A stretch of DNA of 63,545 nt, filler included, from Diploschistes diacapsis (GCA_023645945.1; 5 parts of 5 records of this genome joined end to end with filler, not necessarily neighbours in it), one strand, 5' to 3'; positions 1 through 12,760 are shown, counted from the whole stretch's first letter. Numbers and translations are program-made. The notes: a model not told the origin generated them from the letters alone.

Positions 1-1803
1 CCCCCATACCCAACCCCATACCCTGCTGCTGCTGCTGCCCCATCGGCTTCGCACCCCCAGCAGGACCCCAGATGCTCGCGCTAGTTTTCTCTTTCGCCAA
101 ACTCGCCAGATTCGGACCCTGGGTGGGCGCTGCCTTCTTGATGCCCGCGCCCGCACTGGCGCTAGACCAGAGACTGCCAAAGACGTCTGCGCCGCCAGCC
201 TTGGAAGTTTTGGAGGCCGAGGTGGGCTTGCCGGCGGCGCCAAAGGATGGGTTAGATGTTGGGCCGGGCCTGGGTCCTGGTGCTGATGCGCTGCCGGAGG
301 ACTGGGCCTGGACGGAGGTGTAGTAGTTTGGTTGGGCGGCTTGGTAGCCTGTTGGTCTGGGGGACTGCGCTGATGGGAAAGATTGCTGGGATTGGAGAGA
401 CGGTTGGATGGGTTGAGTCAATGGCGCGGGAGAGGTGAAGGTGCTAGCAGGGGCGGAGGCCATGGAAGGCTGGGAGGGGATAGGCGACATGGTGGTCATG
501 CTGGTCAGGCTGGGTATGTTGGGTGTTTGAGCGGATGAGACGGGTTTAGCGGCAGCGAATTGGGTGCTTGAGGATACGCTTGTGGTTGTTGCTGATGGAG
601 GGGCGATGCCCGAGAGGGACGTGGCTGCCGTTGTTGTGGATTGCGCTGGGGTTGCCGAGATAAAGTCATCGAAGTCGTCGTCATCGCCGGCAGAAGAAAG
701 TTGGGTAGCTGATCGAGGCGCTGCCATTGGCGCTGGCTCATCGTCGCCAAATTCGAAAAGGTCGACTTCCGGCTCTTTCTTCTTGGGTTCGTCCACTTTT
801 CGTCGAGACGAAGATGTAATCGAGGCTGTTGCTCTGTGTCTTGAGCTGCTAGGTGGGTCTGTAGGATCATCTCCTTCGTCGTATTCTTCGAATTTATCCC
901 GACGCCCGCTGTCGTTGAAAGAGCTCGTGTTACCGCCGAAGCCCCCACCATCGCCATAAACTGTCCCTGTGTAGCCGCCATAGCCAGCATCTTCGCTTCC
1001 GAAGCCGCCGTATCGGCTGCTGCCGCCACTGCCGCCGCCAATACCACCGCTAAAACTCGATCCTCCTTCAACGCCGCCGAATTTGTTGCGGTTGGACCGT
1101 GCTTTCTTCCGCTCGGAACGGATTCGATCCACGTCACTCAAAAGTTCCGCCAGTTCTTTGGCACGGTTGCGAACATTGATGCCTTGGTCTTTTCCATTCT
1201 GATCGTAGTACTGAAATTGGCGGAGCATCTTGAGGAGCGATAGATGGCTTCGCGCATCGTCAATCACCCGCTCTGAACCGTTCTTTATGAGAAATTCGAG
1301 TAACTGCAAAGACTGGGTACTATTTAGATACGTTCTCAAGCTAGTCCCAACGAGCTGGATCGGCTCACCTTGTATATTTGTCTCCATTCCTCGGCCGATT
1401 TTTCCGTGAAGCGCTTGTATATCATTGGCATAATCTCGTTGAGCAATTGGCTTCGAACAAGGTTAGATGAATGACATGTCCAACTCGATAGCACGAACTA
1501 GCTGTATGTTCCATTTGCAATCTCTTGCATCAAGGTCGAAGAAGCGCCCCATGGTTCGTTGTTAGTAGCTTCTCGAACCTACAAGTAGATAATAAGCGTT
1601 GCAACTCGAGGGCACAGAATGCAATCGCTACCTTCGACTCCATGTCTGTGTAGTTCATAACAGCTAGGGCTCTCGTCAGCTTCTTCCCTCTCTGCGCCCT
1701 CAGGGGTTTGTTTGGCAGTACCATTTTGCACCTTGCGCACGCCGGCCTTGAGGTCATAGAGTGTCAGGTTGGAGACCTGATCCTTTATACTTCCGAAGTC
1801 CAT
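1..1803 (-). CDS. ENT3: Epsin-like ENTH-domain protein (Golgi-endosome adaptor), multi-exon, 3' end off the window edge
   Basis: Spliced translation MDFGSIKDQVSNLTLYDLKAGVRKVQNA/VMNYTDMESK/VREATNNEPWGASSTLMQEIA...RFTEKSAEEWRQIYK...RNRAKELAELL, then a Gly-rich region and DDDFDDF motifs. The listed ORF 505..1137 is in the wrong frame. Confidence 0.9.
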
Positions 1804-2276
1804 CTTGAACGAAGAATGTGACCTGGAGAGATAGCAATGGCACAAGTAGAGGTAAGAACAGCTGTATGCGATTGTTGAGCCGTAAATGTGGAAGACGCTC
1901 CGATGCTCTGGAGATTGTCTACCAAAAATTGGCCAAGGTCGGGTTTGCAGTCAGTCCACTAACCCCGTTCCAGTGCCGATCTTGTTACCCCTTTTGTTGC
2001 TTGAGGCAACAATGCTTGACGGTATAATACATCAAGAACAGCTACAATTCTGCTCAATTCTTTTACTTCGCTCCATGTAACATTTCATACAGATGTGCAG
2101 AGATTCATCGGGCATTGTAAGCCTGAAGGTATATACTGGCCAGATAAGCCATGCCTTTTATGTACTGTGTGTCATGCCCCTAAACATAAGGTCCAAGTAA
2201 TTCATCGACGCTCCATAACCTGTACAATCCAGTCCACGTTCCAACCCACACCCGATCCCTCGGGAACGAGATGCCC

Positions 2277-5050
2277 TCAACCGCCGCCCCAAAGCTGGTC
2301 GACGTTGTAATTCATCGGCTGAGTCATTTCATTTTGAAAGTCCATGGCCATTGACTGGCCCCAACCCTCCCAGTTTATACTCGTATCAAGGAACGGATCA
2401 ACATTCAAGATCGGATCATCGAGAAAGTCTCCGATCCCCCCCATACTATGATTGAATGTGTTCATGTCTGTCAATGGGTCTGCTGAGAGCATAGCGATGT
2501 TTGGCTGCGAGGTATCCATCATATCGTTCATGTCAGGAATCGAGCCTTGCATTGTATGAGACCCAGTAGCAGAGTATGAATTGCTTCGCGGCGTATCCGA
2601 GTTGTTCTCGCTGCGCAGCGAAGACATGTTCTCCTTGGAAAGCGTTGACTTTGCGCCTTCCACATGAGACAGTTGGTTCGGCGTATACGCTGGACCCAAT
2701 GATCCATCGACCGGAAACCGTGCGAGTTGATTCCGTCGTGTGAGTTCCTTGTTGCGGGCTGCCCGAGCCTTGTTCCTAAGACGGGCAAGCGGCTTCCAGA
2801 GAACGAGCTGCTTATTGTTCGACGTCTTGTCCCACTCCGGCCAAGCCTCCTCCACGACATTCCAAGCATCGTCAACCGCAGGTCCACTGGTTCTAACACA
2901 TAATTCTGCAAGGAGGAAAGCTAGGGCGTGCCATTGAAAGTAGCTCTGGAACAACCAGCCCCATTTCATAGTCTTTTGCTGAAGTTCCAAGAGGCGAGCA
3001 TATCGAATTACGTCGATGGAGGTGAGAAATGTCCGGTCCCGGGTTTCTTGCGCGATCTTCGATCCCATCATACCTCGACGGAAGGGATGATGTATCACCA
3101 ACCATATCTTAGCCATGATCTACCAGTTTTTAGTCAGCTATGCCTGCCATTCGTCCGGATCGCCATTTAACATACCAATCGTGACACGTTAGCCGCCACC
3201 CATTGTAAGGGCTCACTCATATCACAATGTCTCAAGTACTTGTCCTCTAGACGGATACGTAATCGCTCTAGCGCAGCTTCTTTGGCGTCTAGTTGATCGT
3301 GCTCACTTGCGTTTGACTCCCGAGGGCAATTTGACATCGCGCTTAGCAGCCTGATGGTGCCTCCGACCTCATACCGCACAAGATCAAAGGTCATCTCCGT
3401 ACAGCCCTCGTGCTCCTTGGGTGCTTCCTTCATACCTGGCCAGATATCACTGTCGTTGACGTTGAGCGGCATCTTTGTGTCGAAGAACCGTTCCGTAACC
3501 ATCGGCTCTGAGCCTTGGTCTTCGGATGCTCGAACATCTTTTCGTACGTCAGTTTGCTTGCCTGATAAGGTATGGGATAGCACCCACCTAGGGTGCAGAT
3601 CTGCCACCAGAGTCGCCGCCGCATTTCCGTGTCGAACGGAGCAAGTCCGAATTGAGCGCCGTCTCGATGCACGCCGATGGAATGGCCCATACGAAGGAGT
3701 AATCCAGTAAGCGTCCAGACGGCCTTGTTGTCGGCTTGCCGCCGAGCACATGTTAGAAAAAGGGTGAAAGCTTGAACGACAATTATCTCCTGCGTGGCAA
3801 GGAACCCAGCCCTTGCGAGGGCTTGTTCAGCAGCGTAGCGGTATCTCTTCAGCGCTGTATCTCTATCCAGTTTAAGGACGCCCTGACACTCGTCTGGACG
3901 CAGAGATGTGATGACCGCGAGGTAGACAGCGAAAACTAACGCCTCTGAGGATTTGTTCAAGGTTGAATGATCCTGCGCAGCTTTCCTGAACAACTGTTCC
4001 GTGCTCGGCTTGTGGAGTATGCGCACAACGGGATCGACATTAGTTTTATATATTGACCAGTACGTCATCATCTGGTTCGCCGCAGGATGCAATATTCGTA
4101 GAGTCATCATCGTTGAGCTATATCCAAAAATAAATTCTTGGTGCGTCAAACGTCCGGCGTCTGAACCGACCAACCCTGACCCAGACTGCGAGCCTTCTTC
4201 TGCCGCCTCGTCCTCACTGCTGGAATAGTTCAGAAGATCCCTCATCTCGGCAATCTGAGAGTGTAATCAGCCAACGACCAGGATGATGATTAGTCCCTAT
4301 ATATATGCAGCCTACCTCTTCCGTGAGACCTGTCCAAAAACTGTTGCTCACATATCGACTCCTGCCGTCTCCAACCACCAACTTCCCCGATTCCCTACTC
4401 TTGTATGCACTGAACTGCCTGAACCGCTCGAGCTTCTCAGCCGCCGTAGTATTCCTCTGCCCCTCGATCGACGATGAAGCGTTCACGTTTCTCCCATTGT
4501 TAAGGAGACTGTTGTCCAGAGTCAGCTCAGGCTGCGACTCATGGCGCGTCCTGCCATTGACTCTGTTGGCGGGAGGACTCTGTCTCTTTTCCTCTGGACT
4601 CCTCTCTCTCGGGCTGAGGTCTTCCCCATCGGCGCCTTTCCCAAGCTTTTGTACCACCCCCTCCAATCGCCTCAAGCGGGCCAAAAGCTCGGCATCTGCA
4701 GGCTTCTTAGAGCGGCGCGGGGCCCGGCCGGGTTGTGGAAAGACACACTCGATACCTGCCTTCTGGCAATTGGTGCAGGGGTCGATCTTGTCGCATCTGA
4801 CCTTGCGTTTCCTGCAGGTGACGCACGATCGAGGATTGAGGCGAGGCGCTTGTGCGGTCGAGGTTGGACCGCTCTGAGTAGCTTGTGAACGGGGTGAATG
4901 AGAGCTGTGACTTGCTGGGTCGTTGGAGTCGGCTGAATCGGCGCCGCGATGACCGGATGGCGGGCTGGCATTGGACTCGTCAGGTGGGCCAAAGTGTTCG
5001 GAGCTAAAGGTTTCCGAGAAGGTATCGATCGAACCTCGGATAGCGTCCAT
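2277..5050 (-). CDS. Zn(II)2Cys6 transcription factor with fungal-specific TF domain, multi-exon
   Basis: CVTCRKRKVRCDKIDPCTNCQKAGIEC cluster. Downstream exons carry IGVHRDG...EMRRRLWWQIC and P-x-NVND motifs. Joins ORFs 4214..5050, 3430..4245, 3167..3751 and 2277..3116. Confidence 0.93.
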
Positions 5051-5765
5051 AACTGGGGAGAGTGTCTGTGGTGCAAGTCAAGAGTAATGATCAAAGCATG
5101 GTCATCAAGATGCCCAGAACCAACAGCATGCGTAAAATAGATATCATATTATAGGGCTGCCTAATGGGACATGCCAGACAGGGTGAGAGATTAGTGCATT
5201 AAAAGAAGTATAACAACACCCTTTGGGCAATGGCCTAGACCATAGGCTGCAAGAGTAGTATAACCGCAGTAATTCATTGACAATTCAGGATCACGGTCTG
5301 TCAGAATATGCCGCAGTAACAGTAGCCTGGATCGGATCTTAGTCGCTCAAATTTACCAAGACGGACAACAAAGATGCGAGTGCAAGCTCAGTCAAAGTTT
5401 ACAGAGACATGAGGGAGACAGCTGCTGGCTTACCACGAGATATGGAACATACATGCATGGCACGTGTAAGCGGTCAAGAGAGAAAGAGAACATCATGGGG
5501 ATTACTATTCCCCGGAAAGCTTCGATACTTGCAAAGGGCCCTCCACCCTCGATGGTTCAGTCCATGACTCACACCACTCACTGATCAGAGCTTAGCAAGC
5601 AGCATTATTTCATTGTAGTTGCTGCTGTACCTATATCATTCGTACGTACACATTTCTCGTATGACTCGGGGAAACACAATAATACAAAGTATCGGTGCGG
5701 ACTATTGTAATCCCCAGGCCCGACGATATCGGGAATTATGATATCCCATCAAAACATAAGACTTC

Positions 5766-7141
5766 TCACTTCAGCCCCAGCTTCACCTTACAAGCCTCGC
5801 AGTACCACTTTCCAACCGGCTCCCTCGTCATTCCCACGCACCCCCAGTGAAACCATTCAAATTCGCAGTCGTCGTTGTCGCAAGCCACCATATTCCCATA
5901 GCTAACATTCCTACAAGTGCAATACTTCCTGTCGTCCCCGTCGCCTCCGTCATCGTCGTCTTCCTCCACGCCCACCATTTCCGTGTCATGCGTGCCATCA
6001 GCACCCATGCCGCCCCGATGCGCCTGAGACCCACGCTCGTTCTCCGAGTCTCCGACTTCCGATAGCGCCGAATCGTCTCCATCGCTGGGCGAGGGTTTGA
6101 GCCCATGTATGCCCTTTCTATAGCCTTTGCGGCGATTACCGCCCTTCCTATTCGCTGACGCCGGGTTGAGCGAGGAGTTGCCGCGAGCTTTCGGGCCCAA
6201 GCCGCTTCTGCTTGGCTTGACGCTACTGGAACGGGGACCAGCAGACCCAGCGCGGCCTGATGCTCCGGGTGTGCTGGCTTTGGGGGTCGAGGAGGGCCCA
6301 AGAGAGGATTGACGGAGAGAAGAGGAAGTAGCGGGTTGATTCGCGAGGCGGCGTCGCTTGATCTCGATGGAGGACTCGCGGGCATTGCGCGCCGAATGAG
6401 CCGCATTGCCTGCGGTACCTGCCGGGGCGGCAGTACCGGCAACGGCGGGTGAGTGGTGACGGGGCGAAGGTTGGGAAGCTTGTTGGGTCAGTATCCGGAC
6501 GGCAGCATTGCTAATCGGATTTGAAGGAATTTGCGCGTTGCCAGTCGTTGGATTGAGAGGTGTGGACGTCCCGGTAGTGGGTGTCGAAAGAGGGGGCACG
6601 CGGTTTCCTGAGCTGTGATTGAGTAAAGACGGTAGCAAGGGATCTGGTGGTATCACGCCGGCACTCTCGAGGGCCTTTATTTGGATGTCTAAGCGCTTTA
6701 TTTGCCGGTCCAGCTAGGTATCTTCAGCATGTATAGTTATACATAGGAAATACGTAGGCCGTTCAGGGTCGGTCAGGGCTTACCAACACTCTAGCTTTGT
6801 CTCCCAATGCAACCTTCTCGTCCTGAAGCGCTTGCATGGTATCAAAACTCGAAAGGATCAGCTTGCTGTAAGCTTCTTCCTTGGGATTAGGTTGACTGAA
6901 ACCATTGGTCTTGCCGAATTTCTGAATGCTTGTATCGCGCTGGGAGATCGTGGTCCGGGACTCATGGCAAATTTTGTCCTTTGCCTCAATCTCTTCCAGC
7001 AGATGTACTACCTCAGCTGGCAGGTTGGCAACTAGTTTCGAATCAGCTTAGAACACTAAAGAATGTCATTTTCGTTCAATGCACACCATCCTGGACGAAT
7101 TGCTCGAGGACAGAGGCAGCATCCTCGTGCATGGCCGCCAT
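5766..7141 (-). CDS. YNG2: ING-family PHD finger chromatin protein (Yng2/ING3-like)
   Basis: N-terminal exons read [32 protein letters not shown] (ING domain). C-terminal PHD is [31 protein letters not shown]...WYCEAC. Confidence 0.88.
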
Positions 7142-7956
7142 GGCCACCTGGGGTTCGTCCGCCGAGTAGCGGAAAACGAAGTTCGGGGGGGGTCGGCAGA
7201 GGTGAAGTTCCCAGGGGAGGAGATTCAGCACCCCCAATAGCGGGCGCAAAAAGATCCTAAATTCTTGGAAATCGGCGTATGACTATGCCTTTGTTGAACA
7301 ATGTAATGATCTCGAGATTCTCGGGGGAGAGACTCTGCTTTCAGACGGTAATGGGGCATTCATAGAAGTGGTGCGCCTTGGAGTCGAGCTGTGCAAGTAT
7401 CGTGTCGTCCGACCATGGGATGGGAATATTTCGTAATTCTTATGAAGTGGCGGGACTGAGAAAGACGTGGAAACTAGCCATAATCATTTATTCCTTACTA
7501 AAAAAATATTTGAGTCAACCCTCAGTTACTGTCTTTCACGCATCTAATTATAACTTTCTACATGTAAAACCTCACTGATTCTGCGGTGTTTAGGTAAGTA
7601 ACTTGAGGGAGTGACTTGGATGCGGCCTCCACATTATACCAATCCTTCTCCGCCTTCGAACTACTCTATATTGAACATGATCGGGATAGAACTATTCACA
7701 TTTTAGACCATTTAGTTCATGAATTCGATTCATTTCATTGGTGTCATATCCCTCAACGCCCTAATTAAATAGGATAGATCACCATTCATTGCCCACGAAA
7801 ATGCCTTGCAACAGAAATCCAGCTCCCATGTTGTTCCAAAACTCCTTTTCCGAAACTCACAAGTGACAGGACTTGTGATTTTCAGTAACACAATGATAAC
7901 TTTTTGCAGCACTGAACTCCCCTCCTCCCTAAATCGACATTGAACAGAGATGCTGC

Positions 7957-8629
7957 TTAAGCGTCTCCCAGCTTCTGCGCCATCGGCTTGCGTCGCCAAA
8001 GACAGACGCCGGACATTACAGAGAATGCGAACAAGACACTGAGAAACGCATTAGCTTTCCATGTGCTCTTGGAGCGCTCCGCCACTCACCATAGGGCGAT
8101 ACTCAAGCCCCATATAGCCTTCATCTCTAGACACGTGGTCATGGTCGTACCAATCCACGTGCTGTAGTCGATGGTGCTCCCATTCTGGTCGAGGCTGCTG
8201 CCAAGGTCGGATGTGAACTGATAAGTGTTCGACGCATCGCTTGGGGTTCCAATAGCCTGACAATTGAGGTAGGTCAAAGGCTCTCCCACGGTGACAGCGA
8301 CGACAATCAGGGCGATCAGCAACAACGAATCCATGACGGCCACAACAAAGTATGGAAGGATGCTGTCGAGGTGAAGAATGAACGTGATGACGCAGTACAG
8401 CTCTGCAATGCAGGCCTAAATTTATCAGGATAGGGGCACGGCATTCTGGTCAACTGTGGCTCACCACACTGAGAGTGCCTATCAAAACTTGAGGGGCTGT
8501 CGCGTTGCTGGAGACGATCTGGGAGACGAAGTTGGAGGCCAGGCCAATAACGCAAAGGAAACAGATAGCTTGGAGGATGCGGACGCTCTTGAAGGTCATC
8601 CCGAGAGCACCGTCGTTGCCAGCAGCCAT
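7957..8629 (-). CDS. Four-TM MARVEL-like fungal membrane protein, 2 introns
   Basis: Spliced: MAAGNDGALGMTFKSVRILQAICFLCVIGLASNFV...LIGTLSV/ACIAELYCVITFILHLD...DSLLLIALIVVAVTVGEPLTYLNC...CLEMKAIWGLSIAL/...FAFSVMSGVCLWRRK...GDA*. Confidence 0.7.
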
Positions 8630-9373
8630 AATGAGCGGAGGTTATGGGAATGCAGAAAGAATGATGCAGATAGGTAGGAAGTATCAAGCCGCTTGGTAGA
8701 CACAAGAATATGTCGATTAGGGAGTGGAAAGGGCGTCAACGGATCAGGCTAGGTATAATCTGGGAAAGAGTGAAAAGGCAAACTGCGCCGCCCAAGAAGC
8801 AGAATCAAACGCTGGACAATTGAAAATGAAATGGATGCTCGAAGTGCTGGTGCATAGACTGGTCGTGGGAAGCGACTCTTTAAATACGTTGACATTTACC
8901 TCAAGGACAATGGGGTTTGTAGCATGATGATTCCACTTCAAAACATACCTGAAATAGACACTTCCGTGAGTCTCAAGGTCTCGAGCCTACCAGAGGCTCT
9001 TCAAAGAAGATTGCATCTTAGCCTGTGTCTGTCGATGGCTTAAGAGTCAAAGAGCGTTTCGGGAAGCAGAGCAAGCAGAGCAGATCAAGCTGGTAGGCTG
9101 GTAGGCTTGTTGGCTGAGGGCTCTCTGTCTGTCTCCCGCTGACGCTGACGCAGCGCCTACTGCAACATGATGTCTCGGCGGCTACAGTAGTAACTGACTT
9201 GTTCACCTCCATAGCTATACGCCTTAACATGCAGTCAACAGACTAATTCTCCTTCTTGTTTACTGTTTACTCTTCTCTCCACGCGTGGTTAGGGTGCCAA
9301 TTCCAATTCATTGTGTTATAGGGACTGCTACCACTAATACTACTGTACCGGATTGGTTCTTCTCGTTGAAGTT

Positions 9374-9409
9374 TTCAGCCACTTCAGCCACTTCAGCCAC
9401 TTCAGCCAC
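9374..9409. repeat. Four perfect tandem copies of TTCAGCCAC in a divergent intergenic region
   Basis: Read directly from the sequence. Confidence 0.95.
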
Positions 9410-9690
9410 TCTGTCTAGCCACCTAGGTGCACGTGCACTAGGCCCCGAATGGGAAAGAAATGTCAGCCGTGATGTCGGCGTCCTTTTCGCCTCTGAAGCC
9501 AAGCCAGAACTACGAAAATAAACGGCACTGCAAGTTATCGTGGAAGCAGTCCGAGGTTGTACTGCAAAAAATTTGCCACACAGATAGCGGACTTCCACGC
9601 GTTTCGAGTACGGTCAAGTGACCCATGGGTTTTTGTCCAGCCGGTGAATCTCAAATCTTCCCTTTTGCTTAGTTTCCATCTTCTCTAATA

Positions 9691-11946
9691 ATGTCAACAC
9701 GCGAGATTCGACCAGCGCCTCCTAGATCACCACTGCCCATAGCCGACGACCCCGACGTCAAGCGGCGACGGCGGGCTGGTCTGGTTCCCCAAGCTTGTTC
9801 TCTGTGCCGACGCTCCAAGATCAAATGTGATGGCGCGAGACCGAAGTGTTCGCAGTGCATTGGAAAAGGAAGACAGTGTGGATATCAAGGCGAAGCTGGT
9901 CAGACGGCGCAGGCTGCGCTGAAGTCGCGACTCAATACTCTAGAAAAGATTTTGGCACTCTTGAAGTCAGAGCCCTCTGATAAGGCGAATCAATTATTAG
10001 AGCGGATCAGGATGACTGAGAATGTTCAAACAGCGCTCCAGAGTCTCGAAAGAGGCGGTGTTGACGAAGCATTCGTTGAAAGCCCTGTGCTAGGCCATGC
10101 CACGCAAGTGAACACTCAATCGAGTAATGACCATGATACTGAGCCGCAATCTATCTTGTCGGCAATTGCTACTCCTTCGACTGAAGGCGGGAGTATTCAA
10201 GGCTTGACGACGAGATCTTCGAGCCTGCAAGAAGACGAGCAAGCGGATCGTAGAGCGACATGGTGCGTAGCCCAGGTGCCCCTGCCCGACGCTGCAGCAA
10301 CCAAGGATGCAGTAGCAGACTTCTTCAGTTGGAGCGAAAAACTCTTTCACGTCTTCACGCAGGATCAAGTCTTCCAATTCTGTCATGACGTGTTCCACAG
10401 TCAGGCCGGTGAAAAGAACAAAGCCACGATCTGCTCTTTGACTGCTCTGGCGGCCGTCGGTGCGCAGTACAGGCGCGGCCCATCGTCGCCCGCACAGGAT
10501 GCTTTCTACGTGATTGCTCGTTATCACTTCGAGACCGTCATCGAAAGCCACCCCTACGATGCGATCAAGGTGTGCGTACTTCTCGCCATGTACAACACCA
10601 TCACCAAGCAGACCGTCTCCTTGGCATATGTCGAGCTTGGCTTGAGTCTGGCAATTAGATTTGGACTGAACACAAGGTTGCGCTGTTCCCCCTTTTCGGC
10701 CGACAGTTGGAGAGACTACCGAAAAGCATGGAGGACTCTTGTCTTCCTCTTGAGCTGGTTGGTTTGCAGTCTGGGATACCTCTCTGGCAGGACGATCACG
10801 ACCGAGGGGACACCGCTTGCGGAGGTCGAGTTGGACGACTCTGGAGATCCAGATGAAATCGTCCAAACAGAGATGGTCAGGATATCTCTGCTGAAGGCCG
10901 ACATTCTTCGAACGAACCTTACTTTCAGAGACCTAACAGCTCCCGTGATAGAATCCGTCTTTGAAAAGCTGCAGGACTGGTATGACAACCTGCCGAGTCA
11001 AATGCATATAGGGAACGGAGGAAGGGGGGATTTGCCGGTAGAGGTTCGAACGTCCGTCTATCACGCTCACCTCTTGCACCTAGGTGCCATCAAGCTCGTC
11101 TACCGGCGGATAGTGTCGCAATTCGTAAGGTCCAAAGCGCTTGCAAGCGATCGTGGTATCCTGCCGCTTCCGCTCGAGAACATTGCCAAGTACGCGGAAG
11201 AAGGAATCCTTGCGGCCAAGCAATCTGCACGCATACTCCAACTCCTCAAATCAGATGACTTGGTTTTCAAAAGATGTTGGATGGTCATCTCCCAGGGCTA
11301 TTGTTCCTGCACCGTCCTCCTACACTCGGCAGTACAGAAGCAGCTTCACGGACTCGCTGCAGCCGAATGGCAAGATGATTTGCAGTACGCCGGACTCTCC
11401 TTGGAACTGCTGAATTACTGTGCAGCGAGCGACCCGATTGCAGAAAAATTACATAAGGTGCTCGCGGATGTTTACGATGCAATCAGCAACTGCACGGGCG
11501 ACGAAGAACTTGAGACCTTGTCGGAGGGTACCGAGAACCTAGATCTTCCCGCCGGGACTTCTCCAATGACTAAATCAGCAGCCTGCCTGTTCGACCCCCC
11601 TTCCGATACACAAGGGAAGCGGTCTAGGGTTTCGCTGTTCCTCCTCAGCATGCTATGCAGGCCTTTCGGTGGCATAAAGAACAAGCTTGATGCCGAGTAC
11701 GACATGGACCAGAGACTTCGCACCGATCCAACGAACCAGACGCGTCCCCAGATGATCGAACGTCTCGACTGGAAGCGGGATGGCAACCTGCCATTCGACT
11801 GGGACTTTAGCAAATTATTTGAGAGCAAGATGAGGGACGGCTTCCTGCGGCCTGGCTTGCAAGGCTGTTTCCTGGATAGCGTTGAGCCTAACGGATGGGC
11901 CCCCTTACCGGACAATCTGATGGGACAGGTTACACATGATGCCTAG
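9691..11946 (+). CDS. Zn(II)2Cys6 transcription factor, apparently intronless
   Basis: 751-aa ORF with ACSLCRRSKIKCDGARPKCSQCIGKGRQC and a fungal TF middle-homology region. Confidence 0.9.
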   Translation: MSTREIRPAPPRSPLPIADDPDVKRRRRAGLVPQACSLCRRSKIKCDGARPKCSQCIGKGRQCGYQGEAGQTAQAALKSRLNTLEKILALLKSEPSDKANQLLERIRMTENVQTALQSLERGGVDEAFVESPVLGHATQVNTQSSNDHDTEPQSILSAIATPSTEGGSIQGLTTRSSSLQEDEQADRRATWCVAQVPLPDAAATKDAVADFFSWSEKLFHVFTQDQVFQFCHDVFHSQAGEKNKATICSLTALAAVGAQYRRGPSSPAQDAFYVIARYHFETVIESHPYDAIKVCVLLAMYNTITKQTVSLAYVELGLSLAIRFGLNTRLRCSPFSADSWRDYRKAWRTLVFLLSWLVCSLGYLSGRTITTEGTPLAEVELDDSGDPDEIVQTEMVRISLLKADILRTNLTFRDLTAPVIESVFEKLQDWYDNLPSQMHIGNGGRGDLPVEVRTSVYHAHLLHLGAIKLVYRRIVSQFVRSKALASDRGILPLPLENIAKYAEEGILAAKQSARILQLLKSDDLVFKRCWMVISQGYCSCTVLLHSAVQKQLHGLAAAEWQDDLQYAGLSLELLNYCAASDPIAEKLHKVLADVYDAISNCTGDEELETLSEGTENLDLPAGTSPMTKSAACLFDPPSDTQGKRSRVSLFLLSMLCRPFGGIKNKLDAEYDMDQRLRTDPTNQTRPQMIERLDWKRDGNLPFDWDFSKLFESKMRDGFLRPGLQGCFLDSVEPNGWAPLPDNLMGQVTHDA

Positions 11947-12043
11947 CCGCAAAGTGAAGGGGAGTCGCTCAGGAGACATTGATTCGTGGCACGCCTATAA
12001 CGAAGGTGTATAGGAACGTCGAATGCTCGGATTTACAGTAAAA

Positions 12044-12660
12044 CTACGTGAAGAGGTTGGCGCTCTGCCGGCTATACCCTACCGGCTGCTCCGGGTTCGA
12101 GAAGTCCTGGCTGAAAAGGAGAACATCCTCACAAGTACTCGCAAGAGCGGAGAAGTTCAGCCAAGCCGGCTCCCACCGGCCACAGTATGCCAGCGCTAAT
12201 CTCGTTACCTTGAGACAGAATATTTAGGGGCACCCTGGCGCTATGGAACGACTGCAGCGTGGACGACACGTACGAGCGCAGCGTGCCGGCGAGCGGCGCA
12301 AGGGTCGTTGGCCACGTGGACGGTATGTATTGGTGTCCAGGGTCGGCCCAGGTATCGCTGAAGTGGAAGTGGATGTAGATGCGACAGCCGTCGCTATGAA
12401 GTGGGAAGCGAGCCCGAGCGTGCAGTTGGTGTCGTAGTTCGGTGGCCGGGAGTAGAAGTCCTGGGGGTTGACCTAGAGCCTACGCTGCGATTTAGGAAAG
12501 TGGCTTTTTTTTTTTTGGGAAAGTTAGGGCCGGAGACGGATGGTGTTCATGCCTCCATTCCCGAGCATGGCCTCGGCGGGTCTGGTCTGGTTCTGCTTGA
12601 CGGTGTCCTTGTAGATGGAGCCTGTCTGTTCGACGACGAGGAGGAGGAGGAGGAGGAGGA
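12044..12660 (-). pseudogene. GH53 arabinogalactan endo-beta-1,4-galactanase pseudogene, 5' end cut by the contig end
   Basis: Manual minus-strand translation: GGMNTIRLR/L*VNP (TAG at 12473-12475), a frameshift near 12397, then IYIHFHFSDTWADPGHQYIPSTWP and GNEISAGILWPVG, then a jump to a probable C-terminus STCEDVLLF...YSRQSANLFT*. Confidence 0.8.
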
Positions 12661-12760
12661 NNNNNNNNNNNNNNNNNNNNNNNNNNNNNNNNNNNNNNNN
12701 NNNNTTAATTAATTAANNNNNNNNNNNNNNNNNNNNNNNNNNNNNNNNNNNNNNNNNNNN
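12661..12760. other. Artificial contig linker (N-run, TTAATTAATTAA, N-run)
   Basis: 100-nt spacer with stops in all six frames; four identical copies in the window. Confidence 0.98.

Noticed and set aside
505..1137. 210-aa ORF
   Set aside because: Alternative frame overlapping the ENT3 exon; the true frame reads RNRAKELAELLSDVDRIR.
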